A stretch of DNA of 64,000 nucleotides, taken from the NCBI GenBank assembly GCA_965197745.1, contig CBDANS010000007.1:224001-288000 (forward strand). The letters run 5' to 3'. Source of the DNA: Opitutales bacterium. GTDB taxonomy: Bacteria > Verrucomicrobiota > Verrucomicrobiia > Opitutales > PNEW01. The notes under the pieces are model-generated. The model saw nothing but the letters and a program-made list of their open reading frames with translations. It was not told the origin of the DNA and did not search any database. Position numbers and translations under genes: made by a program. Of this stretch, positions 19,574-32,300 are shown piece after piece (within the stretch, counting starts at the first letter, position 1; every line of letters starts with the position of its first letter).

Positions 19574-20321
19574 ATAATTGAATCCTGATGGAGAATAACC
19601 ATAATTGATTTTATTTCTTTTGGTAGATTTCCGATCCTCGGTCAATCCAACTTATACACCTTATTATTGCTTTGTTTGTCAGAAAGGCATCATTCTAACG
19701 GATTTTCTATCTTCTCCCTTTGCTTATTGACTGATAGCCTTATTTTTTCCAAAAATGGGCTTTAATTGTGTTTGGCAGTTATCTTAAATGATAAATGGTC
19801 ATAATATTCTTTAAAAATTAATAATGATTCTTATTGAATAATTATAAATTAGCTACATTAACGATGATCATCAGTAGAAATGTTTACCGGATATGTATAT
19901 CGATTTTGTTAACGGACAGAACCGATGGCGATTGTTGGTATCTAATTAACCTGCCAGAAATGGCATGAAATACCAGAGTGATTCTGCAGGTTCTTTTCGA
20001 GAGCTATAATAGTTTTCAGTATCCAATAAACGTCGAACTAAATTTTGAAAGATAAGTGAACAAACCCGGCCCGATGATCGTAATTGATCACCTGCACAAT
20101 CTTATTCCAAGAGACCTTCACTTGGATAGCTTTTTTATGATTAATAAAGCTGACACGAGAAGCATTTTGAGAACATCAATTCACAGTTTCTAATCTGAAT
20201 TTTTTATCATTTACCTAGACAAGAGAAGGGTCCAAAGCATTAAGATTAATTGAGAATTATAGTATGAAAATTGTGTATCGAATGCATGCTCTAGAGAAGA
20301 GCAGGCCTAGCTCTTTATTGT

Positions 20322-20327
20322 GGGAGG
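20322..20327 (+). promoter_or_regulatory. Shine-Dalgarno sequence of the PKS-NRPS gene
   Basis: GGGAGG lies 7 nt upstream of ATG 20335. Confidence 0.65.
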
Positions 20328-20334
20328 CAACCGA

Positions 20335-23300
20335 ATGATTAATCAAGGGAAGCGCCCCATAGCGATCATAGGAATAGGTTGCCGGTTTCCTGGTGGTGCA
20401 AAGAACTCAGCCTCTTTCTGGACCTCATTGCGCAATGGCCAGAATGCTATAGTCGAAGTTCCTGAGGATCGCTGGAATCTACAGCGATTTTATGATCCCA
20501 ATCCTCAATTGCCGGGTAAAATGACAACCCGTTGGGGGGGGTTCCTCGATACCATTGATCAGTTTGATGCTCAATTCTTTGGAATTTCGCCCCGCGAAGC
20601 ATTGAGGATGGATCCTCAGCAGAGATGGCTGCTGGAAGTGGCATGGGAGGCACTCGAAGATGGAGGATTAGCTCCCGATCAAGTAGCAGGGTCACGCACC
20701 GGTGTTTTTGTCGGCATTTCAAGCAATGATTATGCGAATATCCAAATGAAAGGGCCCCAGGATGTTGATATGTATACCAACAGTGGGAGCACCCTGAGCA
20801 TAGCTTCTGGCAGAATTTCTTATTTGTTTGATTTAAAGGGTCCAAGCCTGTCGGTTGATACCGCATGTTCATCGGCTCTTGTTGCCGTAAATCTTGCCTG
20901 CAATAGTATCTGGGATGGGCAGTGTGACACAGCTCTGGCAGGTGGAGTAAATGCACTGCTAACCCCTGATTCTTCTATAGGATTCAGCAAAGCGTCCATG
21001 CTGTCACCTGACGGCCGGTGTTACACCTTCGATGAACGGGCAAATGGTTATGTGCGTGGTGAAGGAGCGGGGTTAATCGTGCTCAAGCCGTTGGACGATG
21101 CACTGGAAGATGAAGATCCCATTTATGCCGTAATTCGCTCTAGCATTGTGAATCAAGATGGTCGCACGAGTTCAATGACGGTGCCGGGGCAATTTTCTCA
21201 GGAAGCTATGTTGAACGAAGCTTATGAACAAGCGGGAATCTCGCCGTCGAGAGTTTGTTACATAGAAGCGCATGGCACGGGAACACCGGTAGGGGACCCG
21301 ATTGAAGTTCTTGCCTTAGGGAATATTTTGTCCAAGGGAAGAAAAGCTGAAGATAAATGTGTAATTGGGTCGGTTAAAACGAATATTGGTCATTTAGAAT
21401 CTGCATCAGGTATAGCGGGTCTTATAAAAGCGGCACTGGTTCTAAAATATAAAGAGATTCCTCCTAATTTACATTTTGAAACCCCCAATCCCCATATTCC
21501 CTTTGAAAAACTTAAACTACGGGTTCCAACAAAGTTAGAGTCAATCCCGAAAGGATCAGACCCGGCGGTGGTCGCCGTTAACTCTTTTGGTTTTGGAGGC
21601 ACTAATGCCCATGTGGTATTAGAAGAAGCGCCGGTCATCGCTAAAAGACGGAAAAAAATAAATAAAGATGATGCCCCCAGGCCCTACCTTGTCCCTCTAT
21701 CGGGAAAAGGACAGCAGTCATTAAAAAAGAGTGCTGAGAATCTGGTTGATTTACTATCCGGACAATCGAATGGCACTGAAATATTCCTGCCTGATCTTGC
21801 CCACACGGCAAGCTTGCGCAAGGGGCACCATGACCATCGATTAGCACTCGTTGCGTGTTCGGAAAATGAAGTTATAGTAAAGCTTAATGGGTATCTTTCC
21901 GAGAATAAGGTGAAAGGCCTTGTTGAAGGAAGAGCAAAAACTGAAAATCAAAAAGAAATTGTTTTTATATTCACCGGTCAGGGTCCGCAATGGTGGGCGA
22001 TGGGGCGTGAACTTTTGGAAAAAGATCCGTTATTTCGTAAAAAGATAGAAAAGTGTGACAAACTGTTGAGCGAATACACCTCCTGGTCACTCGTTGAAGA
22101 ATTATCCCGAGATGAAGCCAGTTCCAGGATAGACGATACATCCGTTGCACAACCGGCGATTTTCGCTTTACAAATAGCCTTAGCTGATTGGTGGAAGGCG
22201 AGGGGCGTGTCCCCCACCTGTGTTATCGGGCATAGTGTAGGCGAGGTTGCTGCCGCTTACTGTTCCGGAATCTATACCCTCAACGATGCCATCAAGATAA
22301 TATATCACCGCAGTCACTTACAAGCAACAACGCGCGGCTCGGGACGTATGGTAGTGGTGGCCATTTCACCGGATAAAGCTAAGGCCTTAATTCAGGGGTT
22401 TGAAGATCAAGTGACGATTTCCGCGATCAACAGTCCGGGCCTTGTGACTTTAGCCGGAGATACAAAAGTTTTGGAATCAATAATCGAACCGCTTGAAAAA
22501 GATCAGGTATTTATCCGCTGGCTGGATGTCGATTATGCCTTCCATACAAATAAGATGGACCCTATTAAGGACGATTTACTTCAAGTCCTTTCAGAGATCA
22601 GACCACGCGCTTCAAAAATTCCCTATTACTCAACCGTCAGCGGAGAGGTTATGGACGGAAAGAAGTTAGACGCCAGCTATTGGTGGCGTAATATACGTGA
22701 AACCGTACTTTTTGGTCCGGCGATAGACGTTATTATTAGTAAGGATCACGACCTTTACCTGGAATTGGGCCCGCATCCTTCGCATTCCAGTTCTGTCTTA
22801 GAATGTCTGGCCCACAAAGGGAAGAATGGATCGGTTTTGCCCTCGTTGCGACGAAAAGAGTCGGATCAGCAGACTTTGCTTGAAACTCTAGCCACTTTAT
22901 ATACCCGGGGATATCCCATCCAATGGGATGCGCTCTATGGAAAGGAAGGACAATTTGTTCAATTGCCATCCTACCCCTGGAAGTCTGAACGACTATGGTT
23001 AGAATCACCCGTCTCTGAAGAGTACCGTTTTGGATCCATTGTGCATCCCCTCCTCGGGGAAAAAGTAAATGCTCCGAGCCCAACATGGGAATGCGAGCTT
23101 GATCCCCGCGCCTTACCCTACCTCGCCGATCACAGACTTCACGATTCCATGGTATTTCCAGGCGCCGCCTATGTTGAGATCGCGCTCGCGGCCCTTAATG
23201 AGCTATATCCCAATGAACCTTTTGTCATTGAAGATATCAAAATTCTTAAAGGGTTGTTCATGTCAGAAGACGGTGTCATTACCATTCAAATGGTCTGTGA

Positions 23301-26300
23301 TAAAACTGATGATTCCTTTAATATATTCAGTTCTACGGATACGACTGCTGGGGAATGGGAAATTCACGCCCAGGGACGCTATCAGAAATTAGCACCGCGT
23401 GATCCTGGCAATTTGGCTGTCGATCAAATTAAAGACGCGATGGAGGAGGAGATCGATCACGCCAAAATTTATTCAGATTTTGATGATGTTGGATATCAGT
23501 TCGGTCCCTGCTTCAGAGAAGTACAAAAAATCTGGAGAAAAGATGGGGAATCGTTGGCTGAGATTCAGGTAACAGACGCGGTTTTAGAAGATATGGAGTC
23601 AAACTTCTTTCAACCTGCAGTTTTGGATGCCTGCTTTCAAAGTGGCAAGGAATCCAGAGTTAAGGATGAAAACAGAAAGGCACGCGACAATTTTTATATG
23701 CCTATCGCTCTGAAAAGAGTGAGGTTCTTTAAAAGTCCGACTCCCCGTCTTTGGTGTTATACGCAATTAGTGAGCGACGAAGGAGACCGCGTTGAATATG
23801 ATCTTAAAGTCGCCAATGACGATGAATCTATCATCGCCGAGATCAAAGGCTTTTGCGTTCAGCGGGTAGATCAGTCTGAGACAAAAGCAGAAGAGGATCT
23901 CGAAAATTGCTATTATCAATTTCACTGGCATCCCTCATCGCTTCCCGGAGCGCGGCGTGACCCAATTGAACTCATAAGTCCCGAACGGCTTATAGAAGTA
24001 TTGGATCCTGAAATTATCCCTACCTACGATAAATATAATCTTGATGGTTACGTTAGTGATTTTATGCCTCAAATGGAAACTTTGAGCTTTAATTTCATTC
24101 TCACGGCTCTCCGAAAAATGGGATGGAAGCCGGCAATAGGTGATCGGGTATCGATTGACAGTTTAATCGAAGAATTGGGCATCATGGAGCAACATCACCG
24201 CTTATTGCAGCATTCCATATTTGAGACATTGAAAAAAGAAGCGGTGATTCAAGCGACCGAGGATGGAGAATGGGAAGTAGCCCGTACCCCTGATTCATTA
24301 AATTTAGAAGATCTATGCAGTGCCCTAAGAAATAACTTTCCTCACTTATGGGCGGAAATGGATTTGCTCATAGATTGTGGGTATGTTCTGGCAGAAGTGC
24401 TTACGGGTGAAAAAGATCCGCTCGATGTCATTTTTCCTGCCGGTGATCAGAAAAAAATTGAAAGTTTTTATAAGGATTCTTCTGACTTTCAGGCCTACAA
24501 CAGCTTGCTCCAAAAGGCCATCGACAAGCTTGCCAGTGAGCTGCCAGAAAAGGGCAAGCTGCGTATTCTGGAAATTGGAAGTGGCACCGGTTCTTTGACG
24601 GAAAGCTTGCTTGAAGTCTTATCCCCCGATCGTACCGAATATTACTTTACCGACATATCTCCCTTATTCATCGCATCGGCGAAAGAAAATTTTAAAAATT
24701 ATGATTTTATAGAATATAGTATTCTCGATATTGAGAAACCACCGGGAGAGCAGAAATTTGATCTCCAATCATACGATTTGGTTTTAGCTACGAATGTCCT
24801 GCACGCCACTAAAGATTTAAAGCAAACACTCCGTCATATTAATCAGCTGATGACGGAAGAAGGCCTTTTGCTATTTCTCGAAGTTACGACTAAAAGGTTA
24901 TTTTTGGATCTGGTTTTTGGTCTGCTTCCCGGCTGGTGGAGATATTCAGACGATGAATTGCGGACGACACATGCTTTGATTACTCGCCAGGAGTGGGAGG
25001 GGCTTCTTAATGAAAGTGGTTTTCGAAACGTAAATTCCTTTGTCAATACAATGGAGGAAAGCCACGCCAATCAATCCGTGTTCTTAGCCAACGCCTCCGA
25101 GCTTTTAACGGAGATGGATCGCAAAGAAGCCATCGATGAATCCTCAGATAAGAATAAAACCTGGTTGATTTTCGCTGATCAAAGCGGTTTTGCCGAGTCT
25201 CTAGTGAATCAAATGGAAGAGAGGGATAGCACATGTATCATGGTTACCCCGGGTGAATCCTTTGTCGAGGTGGGAGAACGCTGCTACCAGATTCATCCCG
25301 AACAATTGCAAGACATGGAGGATCTATTCACTCATCTCGAGCTTGATCCGAATGCCCTGCAAGGAATTATTCACATGTGGAGCCTTGACCATCCCACCGC
25401 TGATATAACAACACCTGAATCTCTCGAACTTGCTCAACAAACAGGATGCCTCAATGTTTTAAATCTCATTCAAACGCTTGTGAAATCAGAGCCCGATCCC
25501 GCACCACGGGTTTGGATGATCACGCACGGCATGCAGTTGGTTTCCGATACGGATAGAAACGAACGCATTGCTTCAGCTCCTTTAATCGGGCTCGCCCGGG
25601 TCGCCAATAATGAGCATTGGGATTATCACTGGACAGCTATTGATCTGGAATCTTCGAGCACTCCATTGGAATTAGAATTTTTAGTTAATGAGATCTGTTC
25701 TGCGGACGATGAATTGGAAATTGCTTACCGTGGAGGGGAGCGGTTTGTTAATCGAATAGAGAAAACGGTTAAGGATGAAATACCAGCAAGAACAAAAGAT
25801 GCGGTAAGACGTGATGGGGTAATTCCTTACCGACTCGAGATACCGACTCCCGGAATTCTTAATAATTTACGATTAAATGAGACAGAGCGCAGCGCGCCAG
25901 GACCTCAGGAAATAGAAATAAAAGTTGCTGCGGTCGGCCTGAACTTCCGTGACGTGATGAAAGTTTTAGGCATGTACCCGGGTAACAGCAGAGATTTGAA
26001 GTGGCTTGGGGACGAATGTTCGGGAACCGTTGTTTCTGTTGGTGAAGAAGTGAAAAATTTCCAGGTGGGTGATGAAGTTATAGGCATGATGGTTCCCTAT
26101 TGTTGTCGATCTTACGCCATCGTGAATGAGGCACTTGTTTTTCACAAACCTTCCAAGCAGTCATTCGAAGAGGCCGCGACCCTGCCGATTGTTTTCCTCA
26201 CCGCGCATTATACTTTGAACCATTTAGCCCACCTTCGTAAAGGTGAGAAAATATTAATACACGCGGGTGCAGGCGGTGTCGGCCAGGCTGCTATTCAAAT

Positions 26301-29300
26301 GGCTAAGCACATCGGGGCCGAGATTTTTGCAACCGCAGGTTCACCTGAAAAACGTGAGTTTCTTAAAAGCCAGGGAATAGCCCATGTCATGGACGACAGG
26401 ACATTGGATTTTGCTGATGAAGTCATGGAAATTACTGAAGGGAAAGGTGTCGATGTCGTATTGAACCAATTGGCTGGTGACTTTATCACGAAGAGTTTAT
26501 CGGTGCTCGCTCCCTTTGGAAGGTTTCTGGAAATCGGGAAAGTAGATATCTATCAAAACACAAAAATTGGGCTCGAACCATTTAAGAAGAACCTGACCTA
26601 TTTTGCCGTTGATCTTTCGAAACATATAGAAGAACGACCCGAGATAATTACCATGATGCTTCAAGAGTTATCGGTAATGTTTGAAAGAGAAGAGCTGAAG
26701 CCATTACCGTTTAAAGCATTTCCTATCACACAAGCAGTCGAGGCTTTCCGTTATTTTGCTCAATCGAAACACATCGGTAAAAATGTACTCTCACTGCAAG
26801 AGGATTCTATCCTTGTTGGCTTGCCTTCCGAGCAAAAAACACTGTTCCGTGCTGATGGAACATACCTTATCACCGGTGGATTAGGGGGATTCGGTCTGGA
26901 AGTTGCCAAGTGGATGGTAAAATCAGGGGCGAAAAATTTAGTCCTCATGGGACGTTCGGGTGCATCGACCGATGATGCCATGGAAGCTTTACAGACGATG
27001 CGAAATAACGGCGCCCAGGTGGTAGTGGCCAAAGCCGATGTAGTCATCCATGACGATGTAGAACGCGTCTTAAACAAGATCGATGAGGAAATGCCTCCTT
27101 TAAAGGGGGTCATTCATGCTGCTATGGTTTTGGATGATGGATTCCTTGTTCAGATAGACACTGAGAAATTCAAAAAGGTACTGCGTCCAAAAATGATAGG
27201 CGCCTGGCATTTACATCAGCTGACTCAGCAGATGCATATAGATTTCTTCGTGCTCTTTTCTTCTGCTTCGTCAATGCTTGGACCGAACGGACAGGGAAAC
27301 TATGCTTCGGCCAATTTCTTCCTGGATGCGCTCGCCCATTATCGCAATGCCATGGGTCTTCATGCCCTCACGGTCAACTGGGGTGCATTATCCGAAGCCG
27401 GATACGTGGCCCGGAATGAAAACGTTGCCAAGTATCTGGATATTCTGGGCCTGGAAAGTTTCACTCCGCAGGAAGCACTCAGCATTTTTGCTCAAATCCT
27501 GCCGAAAAATCCAGTTCAACTGGGAGCTTCCCATGTGAACTGGAAAACGATTTCAAAGATAAATCCACAGATGGGTAGTTCGAAGTTGTTCTCCCTGGTT
27601 ATAAGCCAGGATGCACTTTCAGAAAAGACCGGAGCCCACGCCCATTCATTCAGGCCTCAACTTCTTGGCGCTGCGCCTGAAGACCGGCATAAAATGGTAG
27701 AGAATTATATAAGTGAACAGGTAGCTCAAGTCTTTGGCACCTCAGCCGATAAAATTGATCGCGATACACCCCTGACCACGATTGGCCTCGATTCATTGAT
27801 GGCCATAGAGTTGATGAACCGCCTGGAATCTAATTTAGGAATTAATTTGCCCATGGGTAAATTCCTGCAAGGGCCGAATATTTCTCAACTTGCCATTCCC
27901 GTTCTCGAATTACTGGTTAAGTCTGATTCCGGTTCGGATACAGCGAGTTCGCCTCGAAATGTAACGGCGGGAGAAGAATTGATGGAGTTTCCCTTATCCC
28001 AGGGACAACGAGCGCTCTGGTTTTTACACCGCCTCGCGCCAAGCAGCGCTGCCTACAACCTGGTCTTCAGTTCGCGCATTACTCCTTATGTCGACATTGA
28101 CATTATGAAAAAGGCTTTTGCCCGTATCTTTCATTCCCATCCGATGCTCGACATTGTTATCTCCACGGTCGATGGAGAACCCATGCAGACATTGCAAAAA
28201 GGACGCAGTGTCGATTTTCGAGAACACGATGCAACCCAACTTAGCGATGATGAACTTAAGGCATTGCTCGTAGAGCACGCGCATAAACCCTTCAATCTTC
28301 AAACCGGCCCGGTTATCCGTTTGGAGCTGTTCCGTACTGCGACGGGGTCCCATGTGACGCAACTGGCTATGCACCACATTGTTTCCGATGCATGGTCTAT
28401 CGTGATTGTTCTCAACGAGCTCATGGAAACTTACTTGGCCATCAAGGCCGGTCGTGAGCCTGACGTTCAACCCCCTGAATTCAGGTATTCAGACTATGTA
28501 AACTGGCAGAAAAACCTCTTGCAAAGTCCTGAAGCTGATCGTTTGGGCAGTTATTGGTATGAATATCTCGCAGACTCATCGATGGTCCTTGATTTACCCA
28601 CGGACCACCCGCGTCCACCAGTCCAGTCTTTTAACGGCGCGACCTTTGGTTTCAAACTTGAAGAGGACCTTACGCAGAAGGTTTTGAAACTGGCTGAGGA
28701 GAAAAGAGTCACCCTTTATACTACCCTTCTGTCCGTATTTAATATTTTAATGCATCGTTATTGTAATCAAGAGGACATTATCATCGGGAGTCCTTTATCC
28801 GGACGTATAAATAAAGAATTTCATCATATTACCGGTTATTTTATCAATCCCGTTGCGTTGCGTAGCAGAATGGGTGATGACCCCGCTTATTTTGATTACC
28901 TGGATCGTGTCTATCAATCGGTAATTGGCGCTTTAGAAAATCAGGATTATCCATTTCCACTTCTTGTCGATCGACTTAAAGTAAAGCGTGATCCCAGTCG
29001 ATCGCCTATATTCCAGGCCAGCTTTTCTATGGAGAGAACACCTGGAGTTGATGATCAGGGCATAGCTGTATTTCTTATTGGTCAGGGCGGGCATAAATTT
29101 AATGCCGAAGACATGGTGATCGAGTCGATAGATCTTACTTTGCGCATGGCACAATTTGAGATTACACTCGTGGTGGAAGAAGCAGGGGGCAATATTTACG
29201 GCTGCTGGCAATATAACAGCGATCTGTTCGAGCCTGAAACGATTAGTCGTCTTAGCGGTTTTTATAAACAGTTGCTTAACGAAATCGTATCTCATCCTGA

Positions 29301-32300
29301 GAAAAAGATTTCCGAGTTTAATTTGCTTTCAGCGGATGAAGAAAAACAGGAAATAGTAGACTGGAACGCAACTGCCTCTAAATATCCTGAGCATTTATGC
29401 CTCCACCATATTATCTCTGACCAGTCAGCTAAAACACCCCATTCAACGGCGATCAGTTTCGATGGGGAATCCATGACTTATGAGGAATTGGAGAGAAAAT
29501 CAAACGGCCTGGCCCTAGCATTACATCAGAAAGGTATCGGTCCGGACACCCCCGTTGGGCTCTATCATGAACGGTCCATGAACATGGTTGTCGGGTTACT
29601 AGGTATACTTAAAGCTGGTGGTTGTTATGTGCCTCTGGATCCAGAATTCCCACCCCTCAGGCTGGAACAGATGCTCGACAATGCAAACCCATCTGTGGTG
29701 GTTACACAAAGCGAACTGGCGAGTGCCTTACCTCAAGGTCAATGGGAATCTATCTTTGTCGAAGAAGTGAGTGAGGCGGAGACAACACCTCAAGTCGATG
29801 GCCTGAATCCCGATTCGCTTGCTTATATTATTTATACATCCGGGTCTACAGGCGTGCCAAAGGGTGTGGAAATTTCCCATCAGTCTCTGGTTAACTTTTT
29901 ATATTCAATGCAGAGGGAGCCAGGTTTAAGTGATGAGGATAAACTTTTAGCAGTAACGACACTTTCTTTTGATATTTCAGGATTGGAACTCTACCTGCCA
30001 CTGATTTCCGGTGCTCAGGTTATTCTGGCCTCTCGTAAAGTCGCAGCTGATGGCAGACAGCTGGCAGCTCTCATAAAAAGCACCAATCCCACCATTATAC
30101 AGGCTACCCCGGCTACCTGGCAGATGTTACTGGATTCGGGCTGGTACGGAAAACAAAACCTTCGGATACTTTGTGGAGGTGAACCCCTACCACCGGATTT
30201 GGCGGAGCATTTATGTGAAATGGGTGCGGAAGTTTGGAATCTTTATGGTCCGACCGAAACAACCATCTGGTCTACGGCGTCACAAATTGAAAAAGGTGAT
30301 GATGTCGTCTCTATCGGCCGCCCCATCGCCAATACAAAAATATACATTTTAGATGAGGAAGAAAAACCCCTTCCCACGGGCTTTGCCGGCAATCTTTACA
30401 TTGGCGGTGACGGTCTGGCCCGAGGCTATCACAAACAACCTGAGCTCACTAAGGAATCATTTGTTGAGTTGTCGTTAAATCAGCAGGAAACTGAGCGCGT
30501 ATACAAAACCGGTGACTTAGCGCGCTATTTATCCGATGGCTCAATTGAATGCATTGGTCGCCGCGACTCTCAAATTAAACTGCGTGGTCACCGTATCGAG
30601 CTAAGTGAAATCGAAACGGTGCTTCGTGATCATCCCGCTGTAAAAAGTGCTTTGGTCCTGATGCGCAAAGATATGCCGGGAGGTCCGGGTATTGCCGCTT
30701 ATATTATACCCATGGAAAATAACGACAGATTAGTTCCGGATCTGCGATCACACCTCACTGAGCGCTTGCCTCAATATATGCAGCCTTCTGCTTATATGGT
30801 CCTCGATGAATTCCCGCTCACCCCCAATAATAAAATTGACCGCAATCATCTCCCGCTTCCCTCTTTAAAGCGTTCCGATTTGCGAACAGATTATTTGGCA
30901 CCCCAAACGCCGACTGAGAAGATTCTCTGTGATATATTAAATCAGGCTTTCAAGAGTGATAAGATTGGCATTCACGACAATTTCTTCGAGTTGGGTGGCG
31001 ATTCACTAATGGCGGTGGAAATATTGTCGAGTATCACTTCCGCTTTTAACCGTGAATTACCGATTGAGGTCTTTTTGCGCAATCCTACGGTGGAAAGTCT
31101 GGGCTATTATTTTGAACTCACTCCCGAAAATATTGAGGTGAATTCCTCCCCCCATAAGAATGGAGATTCAAAGGTTAATAACATTGATGACTTGTTTAAA
31201 AGCAGTTATCTGGATATCGAGCATGTAAATGGTAAAAATGGGGATCGCACTAAGTTCCCTGAGGTGGATGCCGTTGCTCTTGCTTACATCCCCGATGCTT
31301 TCCTCCCCCTCACGGGTCTTTCCAAAGATGAAATTTCACGTCAGTGGTTTCAACATCAGCCTTTTGTCAGCAATTACTACGAGACTCCATTTGGAAAAAT
31401 CGCTATCGTCATGTTACCGCGGTTAGGAGCTGAACTTTACAAAGATCAAGTGCCTCTCGGTGATAATATCTTAAGCTCCTTAAAATTGGCTGCCGATATG
31501 GGGGCCAGTACCGTATCCCTGACCGGCCTCATCCCCTCGGCTACTGACTATGGAAGAAGTATCTCACACTGGATAAACGGCCACGACAATTTACCCGCCA
31601 TAACTACGGGGCACGCCACAACCACAGCAACGATCGTGAAAACGATTACCGGTATGCTTGAGCAGACAATGCGTGACTTCAGTGAGGAAAAAATTGCCAT
31701 CGTCGGTTTGGGATCCATCGGCTATGCCACACTGCGACTTATGCTTGAAGTGATGCCGCATCCGGTTGAGCTTATCCTCTGTGATCTTTACCGAAAAGCG
31801 GACATTCTTGAGAATATTAGAAGTGAACTGATTGAAAAGGTTGGCTTTAAAGGAGCTATCCGTGTGGTGACAACGCGAGGCCAATTGCCCGACGCCATAT
31901 ACGATGCATCTTTTGTCCTTGGGGCCAGCAATGTTCCTGGTATCCTGGATATCAATCGCCTGCGTCCCGGCACCTTATTGGTAGACGATTCATTTCCACC
32001 TTGTTTCCGTCTCACCGATGCGATCAGACGAATTGAAGAAGAGCAGGACATTCTCTTTACAACCGGTGGGTTGTTGCGCTGTTCGGAAGAAATTAAAGAG
32101 ACTATATATCTGCCGGATGGAGCCGGTGAGTTATTCTCTAAATTAGGGGTTGATAAAGTGCAGAGACTGGCTGGACGCGACCCACGCGAAATCACGGGAT
32201 GTATCCTTTCCAGTCTCTTAACCGGACACGAACCGAATATTTCTACTACGATTGGACCAGTGGAAATCAAGGACTCACTCGCTCACTATAAACTTCTCGA

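Noticed and set aside
20447..32270. Many short ORFs antisense or out of frame within the PKS-NRPS gene
   Set aside because: All overlap a clearly coding 12-kb frame and lack motifs
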